58,162 nt of DNA, taken from positions 1 through 58,162 of the forward strand of contig PLHP01000200.1 of the NCBI GenBank assembly GCA_003138955.1, read 5' to 3'. Source of the DNA: Acidobacteriaceae bacterium (GTDB lineage Bacteria; Acidobacteriota; Terriglobia; Terriglobales; Acidobacteriaceae). Below the pieces are notes generated by a model. It was given only the letters and a program-made list of their open reading frames with translations, did not search any database and was not told where the DNA came from. Of the stretch, positions 34,371-42,816 are shown in pieces. The translations under genes were made by a program, and so were the position numbers. The number at the start of each line of letters is the position of its first letter. The first letter of the stretch is position 1.

Positions 34371-36881
34371 ATGGGAGTGGCACAATCGGTCCCGGTCGAA
34401 TCCAACTGGATACCAAGCACCTGCGGCATGTGTCTGCATGGCTGCGGAATCCTGGTACAGGTTCGTGATGGAGTCGCGCTCAAGATCGAAGGCGATCCGT
34501 CTAACCCCGACAATCTAGGCAAGCTGTGTCCCAAGGGCAATGCCGGGCTGTCGCGCTTGTACGATCCCACGCGTGTGCTCAAGCCCATGAAGCGGACGAA
34601 TCCGCAAAAAGGACCCGGCATCGATCCGAAATGGGTGGAGATCTCGTGGGACGAAGCCTACGGCATCGTCGCCCAGGAACTGGGCAAGGTGCGGGCCGAT
34701 GATCCACGCAAGCTGCTCTGCGCTATCGGCGACTTCCAGAGGATTCTTCTGTGGGGCTGGCCGGCAGCGTTCGGTTCGCCGAACTTCTTTACCTCGCTGG
34801 GGAATTACTGTGGTGGTTCTTACCATCCGGTGAATGGCAGCGTCGATGGCTCGTTCGCCGCTATCAACGACTATGACCTGTGCAACTACTGGATCCAGAT
34901 TGGCTCCGGCGACGGATTTTCCTCGCACCTGCACCTTGCAGGCAGTGCCAAGCGGATGGCCGACGCGCGCATGCGCGGCATGAGGGTCGTGAGTCTCGAC
35001 CCGCGCTGCTCAATCGCGTCGGCGAAGGCCGATGAGTGGATTCCCGCCCTGCCGGGCACGGATCGGGCTTTTGTGCTGGGCATGGCCCACGTGCTGATCC
35101 ACGAACTAAAACGTTACGACCGGGAATTTCTGCGCGATCGGACGAACGCTCCGTATCTGGTAAAGAATGACGGCCACCATCTGCGCTCTGCGGACGGTAA
35201 GGCGATGGCATGGGACCTGAAGCTGGGGGCCGCACGCCCGTGGGATGAAGTCGCGGCGGGAAACATGGCGCTGGAGGGAACATTCACTGTGGACAACGCC
35301 AGCGTCCGCACTGGCTTCCAGGTGTGGACGGATCTTTTGGCAGATCACACGCCGGAGCGGATGTCCCAAGTGAGCACGGTTCCGGCCGGCACGATCCGCC
35401 GTATCGCGAAGGAATTCGTGGATGCGGCACAGATCGGCGCCACCATCGAAATCCAGGGAAAGACTTATCCGTTCCGCCCCGCCGCCCTGAATTACTACCG
35501 CGGCTCGCAGTCGCATTCCAACGGCTTGTTCGACAACCTGACGTTCAAGATGATCAATATGCTGGTGGGCAACATCGACGTGCCCGGCGGCCATCTCGGC
35601 GTGCCGCTGGATCATCGCGGCTTCTTCGTGCATCCCGGCGAGGATGGCATGTTGAAGCCGGAGCCGCACCAGTTGCACCCAGCTCCGCCGTTCAAATATC
35701 CGCCCGACTCGACCCACCTGATGGAGTGGTTTCCCATAGGGTTCGACGCCGGGCAGCTCAACACCGAGACCCTCCTCGACCCGAAGAAGTTCGGCCTGAA
35801 TTACGAGCCCGAAGCCGTACTGCTCTACCACTCGAATCCATTGTGGAACCTGCCGGAAACCGACAAGGTCGAAAAGATCATGGCGAAAATGAAGTTTGTC
35901 GTCGCCATTGACATTCAGCACACGGAGTCGACGCAGTGGGCGGACGTATTCCTGCCGGCCCACACCTTCCTCGAGTCTTACTTGCTCAATTGCCTCGAGC
36001 CCCCCGCGGTCACCGGCCACTCGCTGCGGCAGCCGGTCGTCGAACCTGTGGGAGATACGCGCGACGCCTACGATATCCTCACCGAACTGGCGGAGCGGAT
36101 GGGCTTCCGGGATGACTGGAATGACGTCCTGAACATGGTCTGCGGTTATACCGCACAGCCGAAGTATCTCCTCGATTCGGAAAAGCGTTACAGCGTCGAG
36201 GAGTTTTGGGACCAGTACGCGCGCAGCGTCTACGGCGATGAAAAAGGACTGGACTGGTTCAAGGAGCACGGGCACGCGGTGCGCTACCGCACTCCGGAAG
36301 AAACCTACATGCCCTATGGCGACCTGCGCATCCCGTTTTATTTTGAGTTCATCCTGCGAACGGGAGAGGACATGCGGCGCAACTTTACCGAGGTGGGATT
36401 GAAAGACTGGCCGCTCGATAACTACCAGCCCTTGCCGTTCTGGAAAAACTCGCAGGTGATCGAGGACGAGAAGGCGGGCTACGAATACTTCGCGATTACC
36501 TTCAAGGAGGGCCTGCACACTTTCGCCGACACGATGGTGATGCCCTGGCTCTCCGAGGTGAGCGAGAAAGACTCCGTCCATGGCGGCGTTTTGATCAACT
36601 CCCTGACCGCGAGAAAGCTGGGATTGAAGACCGGAGACCGCATTCGCCTGACTTCGCCGGCCGGAAGCATCGAGGGGTTTGCGCAGGTGATCGAAGGCAT
36701 TCATCCGCAGGTGTTCGGAGTCAGCAACACCCTGACGCGGTACGTCGTAACCAACGACCGGGCGAAGGAACGCGGTACGCACTTCAACCGGCTGCTGACG
36801 GGATCGATGCGCTATACCGACAGCGCCACGGGTGGGCTGGAATCGACGGCGCGGGTCCGAGTGGAATGGGTTCGAGCCTAG
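34371..36881 (+). CDS. Molybdopterin (bis-MGD) oxidoreductase catalytic subunit, DMSO-reductase family, no Tat signal
   Basis: The ATG at 34371 follows GGAGG. The N-terminal C-x2-C-x3-C-x27-C [4Fe-4S] motif reads CGMCLHGCG...LCPKG. At 836 aa, its length and composition are typical of Psr/Phs/Soe-type A subunits. No RR motif exists in the only 14 possible upstream codons. Confidence 0.85.
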   Translation: MGVAQSVPVESNWIPSTCGMCLHGCGILVQVRDGVALKIEGDPSNPDNLGKLCPKGNAGLSRLYDPTRVLKPMKRTNPQKGPGIDPKWVEISWDEAYGIVAQELGKVRADDPRKLLCAIGDFQRILLWGWPAAFGSPNFFTSLGNYCGGSYHPVNGSVDGSFAAINDYDLCNYWIQIGSGDGFSSHLHLAGSAKRMADARMRGMRVVSLDPRCSIASAKADEWIPALPGTDRAFVLGMAHVLIHELKRYDREFLRDRTNAPYLVKNDGHHLRSADGKAMAWDLKLGAARPWDEVAAGNMALEGTFTVDNASVRTGFQVWTDLLADHTPERMSQVSTVPAGTIRRIAKEFVDAAQIGATIEIQGKTYPFRPAALNYYRGSQSHSNGLFDNLTFKMINMLVGNIDVPGGHLGVPLDHRGFFVHPGEDGMLKPEPHQLHPAPPFKYPPDSTHLMEWFPIGFDAGQLNTETLLDPKKFGLNYEPEAVLLYHSNPLWNLPETDKVEKIMAKMKFVVAIDIQHTESTQWADVFLPAHTFLESYLLNCLEPPAVTGHSLRQPVVEPVGDTRDAYDILTELAERMGFRDDWNDVLNMVCGYTAQPKYLLDSEKRYSVEEFWDQYARSVYGDEKGLDWFKEHGHAVRYRTPEETYMPYGDLRIPFYFEFILRTGEDMRRNFTEVGLKDWPLDNYQPLPFWKNSQVIEDEKAGYEYFAITFKEGLHTFADTMVMPWLSEVSEKDSVHGGVLINSLTARKLGLKTGDRIRLTSPAGSIEGFAQVIEGIHPQVFGVSNTLTRYVVTNDRAKERGTHFNRLLTGSMRYTDSATGGLESTARVRVEWVRA

Positions 36882-36889
36882 GGGGAAGC

Positions 36890-37183
36890 ATGACGAGCGC
36901 AAAGATTGCGGCACTGGGGACGACGCGCAAGATGCTGGGATTCAGCCGGCGGACGGTGGAGGTCGAGTTTGACAATGCCACGGTCGCCGATGTCCTGCGC
37001 CAGTTGCCGACCCTGGACGGGCGCACCCTCTATGACAACCTGGTTTGCGACGGACGGTTACGCGGCGATTTCGCGGTGGTGGTAGATGGTCTGAGTTTGA
37101 AAGCGGATCAGTTGAACAGGCGCCTGCAGGGAGGCGAGGAGGTCGTCACCATGGCGATCTTGCGCCACCTGCACGGCGGCTGA
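36890..37183 (+). CDS. MoaD/ThiS-like beta-grasp protein with a C-terminal Gly-Gly
   Basis: 97 aa, with the ATG following GGGGGA. The layout matches MoaD: ...TVEVEFDNATVADVLRQL......L.......L...FAVVVDG.......L..GEEVV........GG*. It ends LHGG immediately before the stop. Confidence 0.6.
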   Translation: MTSAKIAALGTTRKMLGFSRRTVEVEFDNATVADVLRQLPTLDGRTLYDNLVCDGRLRGDFAVVVDGLSLKADQLNRRLQGGEEVVTMAILRHLHGG

Positions 37184-37193
37184 CGGAGCGCCC

Positions 37194-37805
37194 ATGGCTA
37201 GATACGGAATGGTGATCGACCTGAAGCGGTGCATCGGCTGCAATTCGTGCACCCTCGCCTGCAAGCAGGAAAACGGTACACCCGAGGGCGTGCACTTTGC
37301 CCGGGTAGTGACGCGCGAAGTGGGGACCTACCCCGCAACCAAGCGAACCTTCCTGCCCGTGCTTTGCAATCACTGCTCGGACGCGCCTTGTGCGGAAGCC
37401 TGTCCCACCGGTGCCACCTACATCCGTGCGGATGGAATTGTGATGGTGGATAAGGGAAAGTGCATCGGCTGCCGCGCCTGCAACGTGGCTTGTCCATACA
37501 TGAACCGTCACTTTGTCGCGAAAGGCCTGCTCACGGGCTACGGCACGGACGGCCTAACGCCGTATGAAGCGATCAAGTTCCTGGACTTTGAAGAAGGCAC
37601 CAATATCAAGTGCACGCTGTGCGCGCCTCGCGTGGACCAGGGTCTGGAACCAGCGTGCGTCATAACTTGCCCAACGGATGCTCGCGTCTTTGGCGATGTG
37701 GAGGATCCAAACGGCAAGCTGCAGCGCCTAGTCAAAGATCGGAAGGGCTGGACCTTGTCGCCCGAGTACAACACAAAGCCCAACGTGTGGTACCTGGACG
37801 AATAG
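37194..37805 (+). CDS. Four-cluster [4Fe-4S] ferredoxin-type electron-transfer subunit (PsrB/DmsB/SoeB-like)
   Basis: Four Cys groups are present: CIGCNSCTLAC, CNHCSDAPCAEACP, CIGCRACNVACP and CTLC...ACVITCP. Confidence 0.9.
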   Translation: MARYGMVIDLKRCIGCNSCTLACKQENGTPEGVHFARVVTREVGTYPATKRTFLPVLCNHCSDAPCAEACPTGATYIRADGIVMVDKGKCIGCRACNVACPYMNRHFVAKGLLTGYGTDGLTPYEAIKFLDFEEGTNIKCTLCAPRVDQGLEPACVITCPTDARVFGDVEDPNGKLQRLVKDRKGWTLSPEYNTKPNVWYLDE

Positions 37806-37836
37806 TGAGATCCGGCGCAGGAAGCAGGGAGAGACA

Positions 37837-38742
37837 GTGACCACACAAAGTGTTGGAATTGCGAACCACCGTTTCGCGTTCGGGTACTACCGCCAAACGT
37901 TCTGGAACTGGCTGATCGGCACCGCTTTCTTCCTCGGCGGTCTGGGCGCGGGATTGTTTGTCCTGGCGTTGCTCACCGATCACACGGCCGGGATGCTGGT
38001 CGGGTACCTGATCGTAGTCGTCGGCAAAAACACCGCGCACTTGCTTTTTCTCGGCCGGCCGGAGCGTTTCTGGCGGGCGGCGATGCGTCCCGACCGCTCA
38101 TGGATCGCGCGTGGCATCTGGGCCATGGGATTGTTTGCGGTGAGTGGCCTGATTCTGCTCTTACCTCGCGTGCTGGGGCCCGCATGGCAACTCTCCGGCT
38201 GGCTGAACGGCGCGGCCACGGCGGTTGCGGTTCTGTCGGCGGTCGTCATCATGTTCTACGATGGGTTCGTCATGAACTCTTCCCCGGGAGTTGCTTTCTG
38301 GCGGACGCGCCTGCTCCCGCTCCTGCTCCTGATGTATGCAACTTTGGGTGGCGCCACGTTGTCGCTGACGATTCGCGAACTCCGGGGAGAGGCAATTCCA
38401 GGCTTTCTTCCCACGCTCGAACACGGATTGCTGGTGGTGAATTTTGTCCTGCTCGCAGTCTACCTGGCGCGCATGAACCGCTCGTTACCCGCCGCGCGCG
38501 AGACTCTGCGCCAGTGGTTGAGCGGGCCATATGCACGCGTGTTCTTTGGACTGGTTCTGCTGGTCGGACTATTGGCTACTCTGCTGCTCTCGGTGGTTCA
38601 GAGTCACGTGCAGGCGACCGGGCTCGTTTTACTCATTGCCGCCTGTGAACTAACCGGCGATTTCACTTTGGTGATGGTCTTGCTGAAGTCCGGTTTGTTT
38701 CCGCGGCAGACTGCGCTCGCGTACAGCGCCCGCGGCATCTGA
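37837..38742 (+). CDS. NrfD/PsrC-type polytopic membrane anchor subunit
   Basis: 301 aa with about 8 TM helices. W.WLIGTAFFLGGLGAG and LGRPERFWRA..RP.RSWIARG are NrfD/DmsC-family hallmarks. GTG start after GGGAGAG. Confidence 0.8.
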   Translation: MTTQSVGIANHRFAFGYYRQTFWNWLIGTAFFLGGLGAGLFVLALLTDHTAGMLVGYLIVVVGKNTAHLLFLGRPERFWRAAMRPDRSWIARGIWAMGLFAVSGLILLLPRVLGPAWQLSGWLNGAATAVAVLSAVVIMFYDGFVMNSSPGVAFWRTRLLPLLLLMYATLGGATLSLTIRELRGEAIPGFLPTLEHGLLVVNFVLLAVYLARMNRSLPAARETLRQWLSGPYARVFFGLVLLVGLLATLLLSVVQSHVQATGLVLLIAACELTGDFTLVMVLLKSGLFPRQTALAYSARGI

Positions 38743-38787
38743 CGCCCCCTATTCGAGTTCGGGAATGACGCGCAATACCTTCGGGAC

Positions 38788-39996
38788 ATGAGCAAACATG
38801 CTCGCCTGTGCTATTTCGATCACGCCTCCTTAGGACGGCCTGGCCGCAAGACCATCGAGCGGGTATGGAAGGAAGTCGCCCGCGCAAGCCAATTCGCCAC
38901 CAGCGGGACGCTTGAGACGCTTCGGCAGTTCAAGGCTGTTGACGATGCCCGGCGCCGGATCGCGCGTTTCGTTCACGCCGATCTGGAAAGTGTTCTGCTG
39001 GTCGGGAACACAACGCAGGCGCTGGGCATGATTGCAACTGCACTGCCCCTGCATCGAGATGACAACGTCCTGATTGCGGACGTCGAATTCATGGGAGTAA
39101 CGGTAGTGTGGCGGAACATCTGCCGCCGCCTTGGCGTTGAGTTGGTGCCGGTCCCCAGCACGGGAGGGCAGCTTGCCGCCGAACATTTTTCGCGGTTCGC
39201 CAATTCCCGGACCAGGGCCATCGTCATCAGTACCGTGCAGGAAGTGAGCGGGTGCCGGGCCGATGTCGAGACGATTCGCGAAGTGGCGTCAAGAAGCGGC
39301 GCCTTTCTGATCGTCGATGGCATTCAGGAAGTGGGTGCGGTCCCGGTTTTCTTCAAAGAACTCGGTGTAGATGCCTACTGCGCGGGCGGGCACAAGTGGA
39401 TGCGGAGCCCGTTTGGAACGGGATTTGCCTGTCTGAGCCAGCGGCTGCTTGAGGTGCTCGACCCCAGCTACCATGGATATCTGGCGCTGGCCGAACCGGA
39501 GATGGGTTGGGATCGCTACATGGGACTAACGTCACGTTCACCGTTTGACCTGTTACCGCTACGGCAGGATGCTGTTCGCCTGGAAACCGGAGGGTTCCCG
39601 AACTGGCTCGGAGCCGCTGCTCTAGATACAGCGGCGAGTGAACTCGAATCCAAAGGACAGACACGCGTGTGGGCCCGAATCCGGCGCTTAAGGAAACGCC
39701 TGGTTGCGGGACTTAGCGAAATGGGAGTTGAGATACTTGGCGGGGTCGACGTTCCCGAGAGGACACAGTCGGGAATTGTTACGTTTCATCTGTTAGGTGG
39801 TGCGGGACAAGAAAGACTGCTTGGCCGGCGCCTGAGTGAGGAACATATCCAAGTTTCGTTGCGATATGTTTCAGGAATAGGAGGGGTCCGTGTGGCGGTT
39901 CACGAGAGTAACAACGCGGACGAAGTAGATTACCTTCTCGATGTTGTGCGCTCCTTCTTGCGCGGTGCAGCATACAAGATAGGCTCGCACGCTTAA
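38788..39996 (+). CDS. Class-V aminotransferase-fold PLP enzyme (paralogue 1)
   Basis: 402 aa. GGHKWMRSPFGTGF supplies the PLP-lysine motif, and the C-terminal VRVAVH..N is class-V like. Confidence 0.8.
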   Translation: MSKHARLCYFDHASLGRPGRKTIERVWKEVARASQFATSGTLETLRQFKAVDDARRRIARFVHADLESVLLVGNTTQALGMIATALPLHRDDNVLIADVEFMGVTVVWRNICRRLGVELVPVPSTGGQLAAEHFSRFANSRTRAIVISTVQEVSGCRADVETIREVASRSGAFLIVDGIQEVGAVPVFFKELGVDAYCAGGHKWMRSPFGTGFACLSQRLLEVLDPSYHGYLALAEPEMGWDRYMGLTSRSPFDLLPLRQDAVRLETGGFPNWLGAAALDTAASELESKGQTRVWARIRRLRKRLVAGLSEMGVEILGGVDVPERTQSGIVTFHLLGGAGQERLLGRRLSEEHIQVSLRYVSGIGGVRVAVHESNNADEVDYLLDVVRSFLRGAAYKIGSHA

Positions 39997-40063
39997 GTAG
40001 CGATAAGAGACCATTCAATCGACATTTTCTTTTTTACTCCAAAACAGAAGCTTCGGAGCCGCT

Positions 40064-41500
40064 CTAGTTGCGCTGAACCTTCCAATACACAAGACTGATT
40101 CCGGCCAGCAAAGCCGCAAAGATCGGAACTGAATAGCGCAGGCCCTCCACATAAAAAGTGCTGCACCCGATGGCAACGAGAAATAAGATGCCCATGATGC
40201 TGGAGACCGGAAACAGCCGGAGCCGTAACGGCAAATCGTTTACCTTGGCACCGATGGAGCGGCGAAACCGCAGGTGAGCCAGGAGGATAACGATCCACAC
40301 AAAGTACATTCCCGCGACTGCGGAACCGTACATGAGGAGAAATGCGCCTTTGGGAACGTAAATGGCCAGTAAAATCGCAAGTACCATTCCTAAACTTGAA
40401 ACAGCTAGCGCCCGATGCGGCACCCCGTTCCGGCCCAAACGCCCCAAGGGCTCAGGCGCATAGTGTCCTCGCGCCAGAGAGAAGAGCATCCTGGTGGTAA
40501 GGTAGAGGTCGGTGTTCGCGCTGGAAAGTGCCGCCGTGATCACAACCAGATTCATGATCGCGGCCGCGTAAGGAATGCCAATTGCTGCGAAGACGCGTAC
40601 GAATGGACTGCCGCTGATGGTCCCGTCACCGATCTGGTTCCAGGGAGACACGGTGACCATCACGGTCATCGCCAGAACATAGAACAGGATCAGACGGAAA
40701 ACCATCGTGCGCATGGCGCGCGGGATCGCTTTTTCCGGCCGCTCTGCCTCTCCCGCCGTGACTGCAATCACCTCGACCCCCATGTAACTCGAAATGGTGA
40801 GAGTAAAGGCCAGCCACACGCCAAGATACCCATGAGGCAGGAAGCCGCCATAGGCGACGAGATTTCGAAATCCCACCGCCGGACGGGGGGACAAGCCGGT
40901 GATCAGCGCGATCCCAATCAATATGAAAACGATGATCGCGACCACCTTCACAAAGGCGAACCAATACTCGAATTCTCCAAAATTGCCAACCTGCGCGGCA
41001 TTGATGGCTACAAGTCCAACGGAAACCAGGGCGACCCAAAGCCACTGCGGCGTTCCCGGAAACCAATACCGAAAATAAATGGCCACTGCTGTAACCTCGG
41101 CGCCAATGGCCACCATCTGGACCAGTCCGTAAGTCGCACGCACGGTGAAGCCGAACCACGGACTCAGGTAGCGCTCGGCATAGATACCAAACGCGCCGGC
41201 TACCGGATGGACCACCGCCATCTCAGCCACTGCGTAAGCTACGATCAGGGCCAGAATCGCCCCAAGAAGATAATTAAGAATGACCGCCGGCCCGGCAAGG
41301 TCAATGGTTACGCTACTGCCCAGGAAAAGACCGACTCCAATGGCGCCGCCAATGGCGATCATGGAGATCTGGCGCTCGGTCAATCTCCGCTGCAAATTCT
41401 GCGCCGAGGGCGTCGAGTCGAGGGCTTGCTCGCCTGCAGGGTCCGCGATTGTCACCGTGACCTTCCGCCTTCTTGCTTCGTCGCCGGACGCAGCAGACAT
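40064..41500 (-). CDS. APC-superfamily amino acid permease
   Basis: 478 aa with about 12 TM helices. The N-terminal L.RRLTERQISMIAIGGAIGVGLFLGSS signature matches amino-acid permeases of the AroP/GabP/LysP type. Confidence 0.85.
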   Translation of the reverse strand: MSAASGDEARRRKVTVTIADPAGEQALDSTPSAQNLQRRLTERQISMIAIGGAIGVGLFLGSSVTIDLAGPAVILNYLLGAILALIVAYAVAEMAVVHPVAGAFGIYAERYLSPWFGFTVRATYGLVQMVAIGAEVTAVAIYFRYWFPGTPQWLWVALVSVGLVAINAAQVGNFGEFEYWFAFVKVVAIIVFILIGIALITGLSPRPAVGFRNLVAYGGFLPHGYLGVWLAFTLTISSYMGVEVIAVTAGEAERPEKAIPRAMRTMVFRLILFYVLAMTVMVTVSPWNQIGDGTISGSPFVRVFAAIGIPYAAAIMNLVVITAALSSANTDLYLTTRMLFSLARGHYAPEPLGRLGRNGVPHRALAVSSLGMVLAILLAIYVPKGAFLLMYGSAVAGMYFVWIVILLAHLRFRRSIGAKVNDLPLRLRLFPVSSIMGILFLVAIGCSTFYVEGLRYSVPIFAALLAGISLVYWKVQRN

Positions 41501-41515
41501 GACATGTTGTGCAAA

Positions 41516-42784
41516 CTAATTGCCAGCGATCTCCTCCAATGCGTTGACGAACCTGCGGATCTCATCCTGCGTGTTGTAGTGCACCAGCGAGGCTCGCACC
41601 GCGCCGCCCTCGCTCAATACTAGCCGTTTCATCAGCCTCGGCGAATACATATTGCCATCCCGCACTGCGATCCCCTTGGCGGCCAGCCTGGCTGCTACCG
41701 TAGCGGGTGGAACGCCCGCAAGATTGAACAAGAACGTCGGCAGCCGTTGCGCAATAGCCTTCGGGTCTTGTATGCCGTACACTGTTGCTCCCTTGATTGC
41801 GCCGATACCCGCCAGTAGCGCGCCGGACAGGCAACGTTCATACTGGCATATTGCCTCCATCGCCCTCACCAGGCGTTGACGATGCGAACTCGAGCCATCT
41901 TTTCTGTCTCCGTCACACAGATCTCCGAGTTCCGCCAAGTATTCAATCGCCGCATTCATACCCACAACATTCTCGTAAACGAACGTTCCCACCTCAATTT
42001 TTGAGGGCGGAGTATTCGGAATGAAGTCTTCGCGGAAGGTTGGCAGAGCCTCGAGGGCCGCGCGGCGGCCCCACAAGAAGCCCATGTGTGGAGCGAAGAT
42101 CTTGTAGCCGGAGCAGACCAGATAATCGCATCCCCAGGCCCTGACGTCGATGGGGCCGTGGGGCGCGTATTGCACGGCATCGAGGAAAACCTCGGCGCCC
42201 GCGGCATGGGCTCTCCTCGCCACCTCGGCCACATCTATGATCGTTCCTAAAGCATTCGACGCTACCGTACAGGCTACCAGCCGCGTCCGGGAAGAGAGCA
42301 GCGGCTCCAGGTCGGCCACACGCAGAGTGCCGTCGTCAGCTACGTTCCACCACCGGATGACCGCGCCTTCACGCTCCAGGGCCAGCCAGGTTGCGACGTT
42401 GGCCTCATGATCGAGATCGGTCACGATGATTTCGCGCCGCTCTGCCAGAGTCTGCCCAATGGCGAGGCTTACCAAGCGCATGAAGGACGTGGCATTCATA
42501 CCGAATGCAATCTCATCGGGATCGGCCGCGTTCAGAAAAACTGCCACTGATTTCCGGGCTTGGGCGATCGCGGCATCCACTTCCTGGCTTTCCCGGTAGC
42601 AACCGCCTCGCTGCACGCTTCGCGTGAGCAGGTGGTCGGCAACCGCGTCCAGGGCTTTCTGGGGGATTTGGGCTCCCGCGGCATTATCGAAGAACATGGA
42701 GCTCCCTGGCCGATTCAACGCAGGAAACATCTGCCGCACGCGATCTACGGGGAATTCCGCCAGGTTGGCCGCTCTTTCACGCAT
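41516..42784 (-). CDS. Cysteine-desulfurase-like class-V PLP enzyme (paralogue 2, no catalytic Cys at the SufS position)
   Basis: FDNAAGAQ.P, DHEANV and SGYKIFAPH.GFLWG (PLP Lys) are present. The segment aligned with SufS GIAVRTGHHCAMPL reads GIAVRDGNMYSPRL. Confidence 0.75.
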   Translation of the reverse strand: MRERAANLAEFPVDRVRQMFPALNRPGSSMFFDNAAGAQIPQKALDAVADHLLTRSVQRGGCYRESQEVDAAIAQARKSVAVFLNAADPDEIAFGMNATSFMRLVSLAIGQTLAERREIIVTDLDHEANVATWLALEREGAVIRWWNVADDGTLRVADLEPLLSSRTRLVACTVASNALGTIIDVAEVARRAHAAGAEVFLDAVQYAPHGPIDVRAWGCDYLVCSGYKIFAPHMGFLWGRRAALEALPTFREDFIPNTPPSKIEVGTFVYENVVGMNAAIEYLAELGDLCDGDRKDGSSSHRQRLVRAMEAICQYERCLSGALLAGIGAIKGATVYGIQDPKAIAQRLPTFLFNLAGVPPATVAARLAAKGIAVRDGNMYSPRLMKRLVLSEGGAVRASLVHYNTQDEIRRFVNALEEIAGN

Positions 42785-42816
42785 AGATCACCTCAACAAA
42801 GAATTCCGCGCGCATT

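Noticed and set aside
34249-34371. A possible Moco riboswitch in the 120-nt leader of the molybdoenzyme operon.
   Set aside because: Only short generic hairpins are present (tcaca-aggat-tgtga; gctcgg/ccgag). I could not recognise the conserved Moco-motif sequence blocks. A covariance-model search would be needed to settle this.
39997-40063. A bidirectional terminator expected between the two converging gene arrays.
   Set aside because: The region holds only a T-rich run (ttttctttttt) and an 8-bp gaagcttc palindrome. No convincing GC-rich stem precedes a U-tract on either strand.
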